A stretch of DNA of 43,345 bases from a virus (taxonomy: Duplodnaviria; Caudoviricetes), in IMG/VR virus record IMGVR_UViG_3300014208_000070, positions 1-43,345 of that record; one strand, given 5' to 3'. The notes beneath the pieces are model-generated. The model worked only from the letters and a program-made list of their open reading frames with translations, was not told where the DNA came from and did no database searches. Both the position numbers and the translations under genes were made by a program. Positions 7,826-15,700 of the stretch are shown here, piece by piece. Numbering within the stretch: the first letter of the stretch is position 1; each line of letters begins with the position of its first letter.

Positions 7826-8158
7826 ATGGTGATTTTTTTACAGAAGGGATGGGTGATGGCTTTTAAATTAATTAATAATAAGGAGGATATGGCAGCCTGG
7901 AGGCACGTTACCCTAACTGCCGATCAGAATAATGGTATTGAGAAAAAGGTGGAGATGGTCGTGCAAAAAAACGACAACTATGGGCGGTTGTTTTTTATAC
8001 TGGAAAACGGCGGTCGCGGCGTTAATATGGAGATCAGTGATGGGTTGATCCGGTTTCATTCCGGCGGACCGAACGATTTAGCCAGGGCATTGTTAGCGCT
8101 GACGGCTGAGCACGAAGCTGGTACCCTGGCAAGCGAGGCAACAGAGGCTTTTTTCTGA
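7826..8158 (+). CDS. Possible hypothetical protein
   Basis: 110-aa ORF antisense to the immunity operon and overlapping 8093-8329; may be a shadow ORF. Confidence 0.3.
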   Translation: MVIFLQKGWVMAFKLINNKEDMAAWRHVTLTADQNNGIEKKVEMVVQKNDNYGRLFFILENGGRGVNMEISDGLIRFHSGGPNDLARALLALTAEHEAGTLASEATEAFF

Positions 8159-8329
8159 ATCTTTGCAGACCGGGCAGGGCTGCCAGTCGCCCTCCTGAAT
8201 GGTGGCGGCATAAAAACCTTTACATAGCTTCCCTGGCTCTTTGTTACTGCATCGAGCGTTAGCATAGTTGAATGGCTTATAAGTGCCGCAAACAGTGCAG
8301 GCGGCGCCGGGCGGTGATTTTTGTTTCAT
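8093..8329 (-). CDS. Small Cys-rich (Zn-binding) protein
   Basis: CTVC, CPVC, CLAC and further Cys in 78 aa; in line with the cI operon. Confidence 0.6.
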   Translation of the reverse strand: MKQKSPPGAACTVCGTYKPFNYANARCSNKEPGKLCKGFYAATIQEGDWQPCPVCKDSEKSLCCLACQGTSFVLSRQR

Positions 8330-8336
8330 TTTGGGT

Positions 8337-8711
8337 TTATTTGTTCGCCACGCTTTTTAAGGTCGCCGGATCGATTAAAGGCGTTCCTTCTACTTCATAC
8401 CAGATTTGGCCGTAAACATAAGGGATATACCAGCCAGATTTGGTAATGACGCCATCAACCAGGCCGACTGCGCCCGGTACACTTTCAATGGCATTATCCA
8501 TGGCTTCTTTGGCGTTGGGTTCGCCTGTGGGAATAAGGATAATAATGCTCTTTCTATCCTCACCTTTTACGCGAGTGGGTGCGCGCTTGAAATCAGCGCC
8601 ATGCGATAGGTCGATGTTTTTTGATGATATAAAAGTGAAGTCAGTTATCCGGGTTGAGCAGCCGGATAACAGCATAGCGAGCAAGATTATTGATTTATTT
8701 TTTATGTTCAT
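8337..8711 (-). CDS. Lipoprotein
   Basis: Signal peptide II MNIKNKSIILLAMLLSG-C. Confidence 0.8.
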   Translation of the reverse strand: MNIKNKSIILLAMLLSGCSTRITDFTFISSKNIDLSHGADFKRAPTRVKGEDRKSIIILIPTGEPNAKEAMDNAIESVPGAVGLVDGVITKSGWYIPYVYGQIWYEVEGTPLIDPATLKSVANK

Positions 8712-8739
8712 GTTTTTATTGCAGAGGATGAGGTTATGA

Positions 8740-9006
8740 TTAGTTCTTTTTTTCGCTCTCAAGACGCTGGGTTTTTTTCGCTAGTTCAACAGCGGCAAAT
8801 AACTGTTGAACTGCCTTTGCTGTACCGATTTTGTAGGCTTTTTGTGTCGGAAGATCAGCTTCCTCTTTGGTTGCTTTTTTCAAAATGGAGCAGAGCAGAG
8901 TTAGGACTTTGTCAGGGTCTTGATGAGTTACTGTTAAGGTTGCGACAGCCATGACGAGCGCGTCTACTTGCCCGTTTATTTGTGCCAGCCATTCTTCAAT
9001 TTTCAT
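8740..9006 (-). CDS. Hypothetical protein
   Basis: 88-aa ORF in the cI operon. Confidence 0.55.
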   Translation of the reverse strand: MKIEEWLAQINGQVDALVMAVATLTVTHQDPDKVLTLLCSILKKATKEEADLPTQKAYKIGTAKAVQQLFAAVELAKKTQRLESEKKN

Positions 9007-9012
9007 TTTTTA

Positions 9013-9306
9013 TTACCGGTAATAGCCGCCGAGAGGCTGATCATAGCCACCCAGCGGCTGACTGTTCCCGCCAAATGATTGGTTGTTTCCGGATTGGGGA
9101 TGTTGATATGACTGACCGCCTGTTGATCCTGTGTAGGGGTTTTTATTGCCTGGGCTGGAGTAGTTGTTATAGGTGCTGCCATCGGGATCACTGCGATGAT
9201 GGGGCTGTACATATGTGCCATCTTGTCGGTTGTAGCCGTTTACATAGACATCTGCCGCCGCCGTAGATGAGGCGGCAAGCGCCAAAATTATTATTGTTTT
9301 TTTCAT
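9013..9306 (-). CDS. Small secreted protein
   Basis: Signal peptide MKKTIIILALAASSTAAA; VNGYNRQDGTYVQPHHRS...GNKNPYTG motif common in prophage exported proteins. Confidence 0.75.
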   Translation of the reverse strand: MKKTIIILALAASSTAAADVYVNGYNRQDGTYVQPHHRSDPDGSTYNNYSSPGNKNPYTGSTGGQSYQHPQSGNNQSFGGNSQPLGGYDQPLGGYYR

Positions 9307-9386
9307 GATAAACCCCGTTTGTAATGTTGGCGTAAGCAACGACTTACGCCGTAGTTAAGCCGACTTGCAGTTGTTGATCCTGTGTT

Positions 9387-10061
9387 TTACCGATAGTCTG
9401 TCTCTTTTACCTTACGCCTAACGACGCCGATAACGCGATTATCGGCTAGTGGTCTGTTATCGTATCGCTCATTCAACGGCTTCAACAGCCACTCTCCGGC
9501 ATCATTCCATAGCTGCCTGAATATCACGACGTCGCCCATAGATACCAGGACAAAACTTTTGTGTTTCGGCTCCATGTGTGGGTCTATAACTATGTTTTCA
9601 TCTTCCCAAAACTCCGTTCTCATTGCATCGTCTGGTACTGCAACTGCAAATAGATCCTTTCCTGTAATTGGTTTTGTCATTATCTCACCATCTTCTGGAT
9701 GATGAGTCTTTAGCGCTGACTGCCACTCGCCCGCCCGATCAAAAGCAAGCAGCGGAATAACAATCATCTCCAGTTTTTGATAATTATCGGGCCGGCCAGA
9801 TAAAGATAGATTGTTTTGTGCGTATTTCTGTTTTTCGTCATTAACCTGGCCTATTCTTGGCTCTATACCTCTAAGTTGGGCTTCTGTTAGGCCTAGCCCA
9901 AACGCTAATTTCTTTACGGTTGATGATCGCGGGTCGCTGTGTTTGCCACGCCTTATTCTTTGTATCGTGGGTTGAGGTACTTTTGATTTCGCTTCCAAGT
10001 CGTAATCGTTAAGCCTTTGACGAGTCATTTCCTCTTCTAAAATTTCTTGTAAAGTGCTCAT
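9387..10061 (-). CDS. cI: CI-like repressor (HTH plus S24 domain)
   Basis: HTH VPQPTIQRIRRG; C-terminal S24 fold FAVAV...IVIDP...LKPLNERY; divergent from cro. Confidence 0.9.
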   Translation of the reverse strand: MSTLQEILEEEMTRQRLNDYDLEAKSKVPQPTIQRIRRGKHSDPRSSTVKKLAFGLGLTEAQLRGIEPRIGQVNDEKQKYAQNNLSLSGRPDNYQKLEMIVIPLLAFDRAGEWQSALKTHHPEDGEIMTKPITGKDLFAVAVPDDAMRTEFWEDENIVIDPHMEPKHKSFVLVSMGDVVIFRQLWNDAGEWLLKPLNERYDNRPLADNRVIGVVRRKVKETDYR

Positions 10062-10067
10062 TTTGTA

Positions 10068-10138
10068 AGTATGCGCAAAAGTATTTGTTTCGACAAACAC
10101 GTTTGCGCATTGACGATAATACGGAAACGTATTATTAT
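10068..10138. promoter_or_regulatory. OR switch: PRM (leftward, probably leaderless), PR (rightward) and three operators
   Basis: PR TTGACG(10110)-17-TATTAT(10133); PRM TTGTCG(10096)-17-CATACT(10073), ending 6 nt before the cI ATG; operators 10118-10133 (perfect AATACG-N4-CGTATT), 10096-10111 and 10070-10085 (degenerate). Confidence 0.8.
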
Positions 10139-10146
10139 TTTTTCCC

Positions 10147-10344
10147 ATGAACATACAATTCGTCCTAAATAAATTAAATAACACCATGACCGACGCCGAA
10201 ATCGGTGATGAGATTGGTGCGCCTCAACCTACTGTGTCGAGATTGAGGCGTGGAAAACACAAAACCACTTTTTTTGAGCGCGCTGAAGCTATCAAAAAAT
10301 TGGCGGTGGCTCGCGGTATCGACACGGAAATGACTAATCCATGA
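10147..10344 (+). CDS. cro: Cro-like HTH regulator
   Basis: 65 aa; EIGAPQPTVSRLRRGKH helix almost identical to that of CI. Confidence 0.85.
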   Translation: MNIQFVLNKLNNTMTDAEIGDEIGAPQPTVSRLRRGKHKTTFFERAEAIKKLAVARGIDTEMTNP

Positions 10345-10377
10345 TCACCCATCCCAGCCACATCCTTCTTCATTTAT

Positions 10378-10452
10378 CGCGGAGTAGAGCAGCAGTAGCT
10401 CGTCAGGCTCATATCCTGAAGGTCGGTGGTGCAATTCCATCCTCCGCAACCA
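10378..10452 (+). tRNA. Initiator tRNA-Met (CAT), variant
   Basis: Cloverleaf with acceptor CGCGGAG/CTCCGCA (C1:A72 mismatch), anticodon stem TCAGG/CCTGA, CAT at 10410-10412, encoded ACCA end. Confidence 0.85.
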
Positions 10453-10480
10453 ACAACCCTCCTGTTGTGATCCAGTCCTG

Positions 10481-10503
10481 GGCCGCTTCGGCGGCCATTT
10501 TTT
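10481..10503 (+). terminator. Intrinsic terminator after the tRNA (tR1-like)
   Basis: GGCCGC-TTCG-GCGGCC-ATTTTTT. Confidence 0.75.
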
Positions 10504-10585
10504 GCCTGGGCATAGGATCGGCTTTTTTTTACAACAGAACAATTGGGCTGATTCCCCGGGTATTTCTGTATAGGGAGTTCTCCTG

Positions 10586-10882
10586 ATGGAGCCCGTCGCC
10601 TGTTATGCGGTGGGCGGAGCCGGGCAGTTGCCGGGTAAAAATATGCAGTCCGTTGATTGCGGGCTGACGCAGCGTGAGCTTGAGGTGTTGACGCTGGTTT
10701 GTGATGCGCTTCCCGACAAGGTGATTGCGCGGCGCCTGGCGGTATCAGCGAAAACGATTTCTACGTTTTTGGAGCATATTTATCTGAAGCTGGGGGTGCG
10801 CGGCAGTGCCCATAATGCGCGTTGTGCAGCGATGCTGGCGGCGTTTGATTTGGGGTTGGTTTCTGTGCCGCAGCGGCATTGA
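10586..10882 (+). CDS. Stand-alone LuxR/GerE-type HTH protein
   Basis: LTQRELEVLTLV...DKVIARRLAVSAKTISTFLEHIYLKLGV. Confidence 0.85.
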   Translation: MEPVACYAVGGAGQLPGKNMQSVDCGLTQRELEVLTLVCDALPDKVIARRLAVSAKTISTFLEHIYLKLGVRGSAHNARCAAMLAAFDLGLVSVPQRH

Positions 10883-10889
10883 GGTTTTG

Positions 10890-11039
10890 ATGAATGTACT
10901 GGGAGCGATGCTAAAGATGACGTTGATATTGTTGGTTTTGTTAATGGCTATCTTGATCTGTTTTGCTTATCTATCCCTGCGAGGCTTCCAAAGCTGGATC
11001 GATCGTAGATTTAATGCTGTTTTTGAGGATTGGATGTGA
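10890..11039 (+). CDS. Small membrane protein
   Basis: ATG 10890 after GAGG; one long hydrophobic helix. Confidence 0.5.
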   Translation: MNVLGAMLKMTLILLVLLMAILICFAYLSLRGFQSWIDRRFNAVFEDWM

Positions 11040-11581
11040 TTATTGGTATTGCCGGCAGTAAGTATTCTGGAAAATCCACGGCGGCTGAGCATTTGTTTAT
11101 GCAGGGTTTTGAGCGGCTATCGTTTGCCACGCCATTAAAGCAAATGGCGCTGGTGTTGCTGGCTAATGTCGGCATGGATCCTGATGAAATCCGTGAGGCT
11201 GAGCAGGACAAGGAAGCGATTATACCCAAGATTGGCGTGAGTTACCGGACGCTACTACAAACGCTGGGCACGGATTGGGGCCGCAATACGATTAGCTCGG
11301 AGCTGTGGTTGTTATGCGCCAAGCAGCGTGTAATGGCGCTGGCCGGAAAGGCTATTGTTTTTGATGATGTGCGCTTTGATGGTGAGGCGGCGTTCATTCG
11401 TGAGCAGGGCGGATTGATTATTCATTTAATACGTGACACGGGGTTTGTTGATGTCCATGCCAGCGAGAAAGGCGTGACGCGCTACCCTTGTGATGCTGTT
11501 ATTGGTAATAACGGCACTCTTGACGGTTTGCGCAGCCGTGTATCTGAGGCGATTAATAGCCGGTTGGTGATTAATGGTTGA
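11030..11581 (+). CDS. Deoxynucleoside monophosphate kinase (T4 gp1-like)
   Basis: IGIAGSKYSGKST P-loop, SFATPLK, RTLLQTLGTDWGR, VFDDVRF. Confidence 0.85.
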   Translation: MDVIIGIAGSKYSGKSTAAEHLFMQGFERLSFATPLKQMALVLLANVGMDPDEIREAEQDKEAIIPKIGVSYRTLLQTLGTDWGRNTISSELWLLCAKQRVMALAGKAIVFDDVRFDGEAAFIREQGGLIIHLIRDTGFVDVHASEKGVTRYPCDAVIGNNGTLDGLRSRVSEAINSRLVING

Positions 11582-12953
11582 TCGTGCCAGCGCCCAATTA
11601 GATGGTGTGGCGGTTCCGCCGCATTCAATAGTCGCCGAGCAAGGTGTTATTGGCGGCCTTATGCTTGATCCAACTACCTGGGTAAAGGTTCAGGGGCTAT
11701 TGACGCCGGGTGATTTCTACCGCAGAGACCATCAGTTGATATTCAAAGCGATTGCCAAGCTGCACGGAGCAGGCGAGCCGATTGATGTTATTACGCTCTA
11801 TGAGTATTTAAAAAGCAAATGGCCGGACGACGCATTTGGCGGATTGTCATATCTCGGGTATATGGCGAAAGACACGCCAAGCGCGGCCAACATCGCTGCG
11901 TATGCCAAGATTGTGCGCGATAAGTCGATGTTGCGGCGACTGATTGCGGTGGCTGGTTCAATTCGTGAGATGGCATTTGCGGCGGATGCGGATGCCAAGG
12001 CGGTTATCAGCAAGGCGGAGACGGCCATTTTTGAGATGGCGCAACAAAGTCTGCGCGGCAAGAAGGGATTTACTAAATTGCGGGACGTGCTGCGTGAGGT
12101 TTTGGATACGATTGAGCTCAACGTCGAGCGACCATCGGGCGGCGTATTAGGTATTTCCAGCGGGTTTAAACCATTGGATGACAAAACCAGCGGATTTAAC
12201 GGCGGCGACTTGATTGTGTTGGCTGCTCGGCCTTCGATGGGTAAGACGGCTCTGGCCATGAATATGGCGGAATCGGCGGCGCTGGACGGAAAGGCGGTTG
12301 CGGTATTTAGTATGGAAATGCAGACTAAACAGTTAGGGCAGCGATTATTATCCAGCGCATCCGGACTGGGCCTAAAGATGATCCGCGAGAGCTGGCGTAT
12401 TGGCGATAGTCACTGGCCATTACTGACTACCGGCGTTGTCAGGATTGGCGAATTGCCTATGTATATTGATGACTCGCCTGGTTTGTCGATTGGCGATATC
12501 CGTTCGCGCTGTATGAGGCTTAGCGCCGAGATTAAAGATGAATCCCCCGAGGGTGTCGGTCTTATTGTTATCGATTATCTGCAGTTGATGGGGTCGGATA
12601 CGGACCGGTTGGGTAATCGCAATAATGAGATTGAGGATATTACGCGCGGACTCAAGCGGCTGGCCAAGGATTTCGACATTCCGGTTATTGTGTTGTCGCA
12701 GCTTAACAGGGGGCTTGAAAGCAGGCCTAACAAGCGACCAATTCCCTCTGATTTGCGCGATTCTGGCGGCATAGAACAGGATGCCGACGTTATTTTGTTT
12801 TTGTACCGCGACGAGGTTTATAGCCCGGATTCTATGGATAAGGGTATCGCTGAAGTCATTATCGGAAAGCAGCGTAACGGGCCGCTAGGAACCGTCAGGT
12901 TGCTATTTGATGGGCATGTGGTTCGGTTCCGTCATTTTGACGAGGAGGGATGA
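11574..12953 (+). CDS. dnaB: Replicative DNA helicase
   Basis: PPHSIVAEQ, AARPSMGKT, IDYLQLM, LSQLNR, SDLRDSGGIEQDAD, KQRNGP. Confidence 0.96.
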   Translation: MVDRASAQLDGVAVPPHSIVAEQGVIGGLMLDPTTWVKVQGLLTPGDFYRRDHQLIFKAIAKLHGAGEPIDVITLYEYLKSKWPDDAFGGLSYLGYMAKDTPSAANIAAYAKIVRDKSMLRRLIAVAGSIREMAFAADADAKAVISKAETAIFEMAQQSLRGKKGFTKLRDVLREVLDTIELNVERPSGGVLGISSGFKPLDDKTSGFNGGDLIVLAARPSMGKTALAMNMAESAALDGKAVAVFSMEMQTKQLGQRLLSSASGLGLKMIRESWRIGDSHWPLLTTGVVRIGELPMYIDDSPGLSIGDIRSRCMRLSAEIKDESPEGVGLIVIDYLQLMGSDTDRLGNRNNEIEDITRGLKRLAKDFDIPVIVLSQLNRGLESRPNKRPIPSDLRDSGGIEQDADVILFLYRDEVYSPDSMDKGIAEVIIGKQRNGPLGTVRLLFDGHVVRFRHFDEEG

Positions 12954-13900
12954 TGTTAATCGTTTTACCGGATGAATTGGCTGTTTTGAGGGAAATGCAG
13001 CCCCTGGATAGGGATGTGTTCAATTACCTGGCTGAGCGGGTTGATTTTGAGACTGGTGTTATTGGCAAGGCTCGCGGGGTTTCTTACGGCGGCATTGCAT
13101 TGGATTTGTCAGAACGAGATCAATCTAGGAGGGCAAAAGGAAAGCTGCGCAAACTCACATCAAAGCAGGTAGAAAACTCGGTTGGACGCTTGGTGACTAT
13201 GGGCTTATTGGAGCGGATGAGCGGGTTAAGAGTGTGCGACAGTTTGATTTTGAGGCGTTTTTTTTGGGCGAAAGCGCTGCATCAGGATAATTCCGCCAAA
13301 AATCCAGATGGGTCTAAGTTGGGAGCGCAGTTAGGAAAACTTATTCGTGTTTTTAAATTAAATAACAACAACTTAAATACAGAAGAACAATCCAGATGGG
13401 AGGGTAAAAACGTTTCAGATGGGACAACATCTAAAGAACTACTTCTACTAAGAGAAAATGAAAAGTTTGCGATGTTCCTGGAGTGGCAGCCGTCGCAAGA
13501 TGAGCTGAATATGATTTTTCATCGAGCCGGAGTTGATAAGTCAAAGATAAAGCCTGAATGGATTTCTGAATTTATCGGGCATTGGTGGGGTGAGGGTAAG
13601 CGTAGCTATACGCAACGAGAATGGACTGCGCGATTCGGTAAGCAGATGATTTCTTTTTTGCGCAACCCGTCCCGTGCTGATGAGTTGGTTGGGTTGGGTG
13701 CTGTCAAGTCAAGGTCGGTCGGTACAGAGCATTATCCAGATTGGGCGCAAGTGCCTCGCAATGATTCTCAGTTGGTTAGTTGGATGGTCAGGCACGGATA
13801 CGGTGAGCCGTTACCGGGCCATGATTATCGGCAGGCACGGGCGCATTTGCAGAGGGCTGTGGATATTCGGTTAAACACTGAACGGAGTAAATTGTCATGA
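12950..13900 (+). CDS. Replication initiator with DnaT-like C-terminal region
   Basis: N-terminal wHTH-like region, internal iterons, FAMFLEWQP...EFIGHW...TQREW motif. Confidence 0.65.
   Translation: MMLIVLPDELAVLREMQPLDRDVFNYLAERVDFETGVIGKARGVSYGGIALDLSERDQSRRAKGKLRKLTSKQVENSVGRLVTMGLLERMSGLRVCDSLILRRFFWAKALHQDNSAKNPDGSKLGAQLGKLIRVFKLNNNNLNTEEQSRWEGKNVSDGTTSKELLLLRENEKFAMFLEWQPSQDELNMIFHRAGVDKSKIKPEWISEFIGHWWGEGKRSYTQREWTARFGKQMISFLRNPSRADELVGLGAVKSRSVGTEHYPDWAQVPRNDSQLVSWMVRHGYGEPLPGHDYRQARAHLQRAVDIRLNTERSKLS
13301..13423 (+). repeat. Putative replication origin (iterons plus AT-rich tract)
   Basis: AATCCAGATGGG at 13301 and 13389, TTTCAGATGGG at 13413, degenerate copies near 13316 and 13328, AT-rich 13349-13380. 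Confidence 0.6.
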
Positions 13901-14304
13901 CAGCATCATCAATTTTAGAAATATCACGAAGTAAGCGCCGTTATCACGATCAGGATGCATTATTGCGCGCGTTCATTGGTAATGATGGATTTACGGCTAA
14001 AGAGGTTGCGGTCGAAGTATTGGATTGGCGCTACGAGCAATATTCCAACTCCCCGAAGCGGGCGTTCGATTTGCAAAAGCTGGGTTATCTGGAACAGCTA
14101 AGCAATCGGGAGTGTAGGCAAACCAGCAAGGTCGCTCATACCTATCGAGTTACTGATAAAGGCAGGGAGCATTTGCGCAAATCTGGTTTTGTTATGCGAT
14201 CTGGAATTGATCCTACTCAAGTATGCGCTTCACCCGAAGTTAGCGTTGAGGCATCCAGAAAGCATGTGGGTGATATTAGATCGTTGCTAGGGTCTGGGGG
14301 TTGA
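13897..14304 (+). CDS. Hypothetical wHTH protein
   Basis: GFTAKEVA...KRAFDLQKLGYLE...RECRQT pattern; coupled start. Confidence 0.65.
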   Translation: MTASSILEISRSKRRYHDQDALLRAFIGNDGFTAKEVAVEVLDWRYEQYSNSPKRAFDLQKLGYLEQLSNRECRQTSKVAHTYRVTDKGREHLRKSGFVMRSGIDPTQVCASPEVSVEASRKHVGDIRSLLGSGG

Positions 14305-14305
14305 G

Positions 14306-14491
14306 ATGATTCTGGAAAGACGAATGTACAAAGACCCGCTTGAGGCTCTGATCTCGATAGAGGATGAAACCTGCGCTGGTTGCAAGCACCGAGGACAGCA
14401 GTGGGGTGCTGACTATTGCGAGATTGGTAATCGCTACGGCCGTAAATGTAAATCCTATAACGAGGTGGAGGTGAAGTATGGCAAATCCTGA
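14306..14491 (+). CDS. Small Cys-rich hypothetical protein
   Basis: YKDPLEAL...CAGCKH...C...C. Confidence 0.6.
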   Translation: MILERRMYKDPLEALISIEDETCAGCKHRGQQWGADYCEIGNRYGRKCKSYNEVEVKYGKS

Positions 14492-15056
14492 GGTGGTTGG
14501 TTTATTGTGCGCCAGGTCTTCGTTTTTTGAGTCCGGCTCCAGGCGTAGCTTTGGCGTCGTGTTATCGCGCTCTGAGTTGGCTGGATATTTATCGGGGGCA
14601 AGTAGCGCTGCGATGAACTTCGCGCTAGCATCGTATGCGCTGGATGAAGTTGCCGAGCGGATGTTGATCGCGCACGTCAAGGTTTGGTCTGTTGGTGTGG
14701 CGAATCGCGAAGGCTGGCAGATTGTGCGGGGACGCCCAACGATTTCTAATCTATCTGCTATTGCGGTGTATGATGTGATCAGGCCGTTGGTGCATGTGGC
14801 TTGTCAAGGTAGTGGTTCTATTGGGGCTAAAGTCTGTCCCGGGTGTGGCGGGTCAGGTTTGAAGCCGTTATCTGGCCGTAAAATCGCAGCAGCCGCCGGT
14901 TTGGAATTGAAGGACTGGCAACGGCATTGGGTCGATCGATACAGGCAGATACTGAAATACATCATTGATCTGGATGGCGAAGTCCAGACTATTTTATCGG
15001 TTGCAAACAAAGAAGTTGACACTGACTCAGAAAAGGTCTATAAAACGTCATACTGA
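14478..15056 (+). CDS. Late antiterminator, lambda Q-like
   Basis: Zn-finger-like HVACQGSG...CPGCGGSG; last gene before the late promoter and terminase. Confidence 0.7.
   Translation: MANPEVVGLLCARSSFFESGSRRSFGVVLSRSELAGYLSGASSAAMNFALASYALDEVAERMLIAHVKVWSVGVANREGWQIVRGRPTISNLSAIAVYDVIRPLVHVACQGSGSIGAKVCPGCGGSGLKPLSGRKIAAAAGLELKDWQRHWVDRYRQILKYIIDLDGEVQTILSVANKEVDTDSEKVYKTSY
15016..15044 (+). promoter_or_regulatory. Late promoter PR'
   Basis: TTGACA (15016-15021), 17 bp, TATAAA (15039-15044). Confidence 0.7.
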
Positions 15057-15060
15057 ACGA

Positions 15061-15095
15061 AAGCCTGCCCGGAGACGGAGCGGGCTTTTTTTTTT
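15061..15095 (+). terminator. tR'-like terminator
   Basis: AAGCCTGC...GCGGGCTT hairpin followed by a long T run. Confidence 0.7.
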
Positions 15096-15172
15096 GGAAT
15101 TTTTTAGTTCTTGGCTTCATGACGGTTCTCGTCGGTTTGGTTGGATATTTGATACTGGGTTAGGGTTATTTC

Positions 15173-15700
15173 ATGGCATTAAATGAGCGTCAGTTAAAAT
15201 TTGTTGACGAATATTTGATTGATTTGAATGCGGCTAAGGCTGCTATCAGGGCTGGGTATTCAGAGCGTTCGGCTAGGAGTATAGGACAAGAAAACCTGAC
15301 AAAACCTGACATTCAAAAAGCTATTCAAGAACGACTTGAGGCGAGATCAAAGCGTACTGAGATCAGTCAGGATCGAGTGTTGCTTGAAATAGCCCGGTTG
15401 GCGTTTAACGATCCTCGACGAGCTTATGATGAAAACGGCAATCTGTTACCGGTTAAAGACTGGCCTGATGAAGTGGCGGCAGCAATTAAATCCGTCAAGA
15501 TTACTGAGTTAAAAGACGAAGACGAAGACGGAAATATTGTCGTGGTCGGCACTACTAACGAGGTTTCGTTCTGGGATAAAGGTAAGCAGTTGGAGCTGGC
15601 GGCGCGGCATTTGGGGATGCTGAACGATAAACTCTTTATTGGTGATGTTGATAAATTGGCGGAGCGCTTAGGTAGAGCCAGATCTCGTGTCGGCGACTAA
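15173..15700 (+). CDS. terS: Terminase small subunit
   Basis: FVDEYLIDLNAAKAAIRAGYS...ENLTKPDI; DKGKQLELAARHLGM. Confidence 0.95.
   Translation: MALNERQLKFVDEYLIDLNAAKAAIRAGYSERSARSIGQENLTKPDIQKAIQERLEARSKRTEISQDRVLLEIARLAFNDPRRAYDENGNLLPVKDWPDEVAAAIKSVKITELKDEDEDGNIVVVGTTNEVSFWDKGKQLELAARHLGMLNDKLFIGDVDKLAERLGRARSRVGD

Noticed and set aside
10062-10187. N-terminal extension of cI in the ORF track
   Set aside because: Runs through the operators and into cro; ATG 10061 fits the HTH start and PRM
10341-10586. 81-aa ORF after cro, and its antisense 10345-10542
   Set aside because: Overlaps the tRNA cloverleaf and terminator; translation of structured RNA
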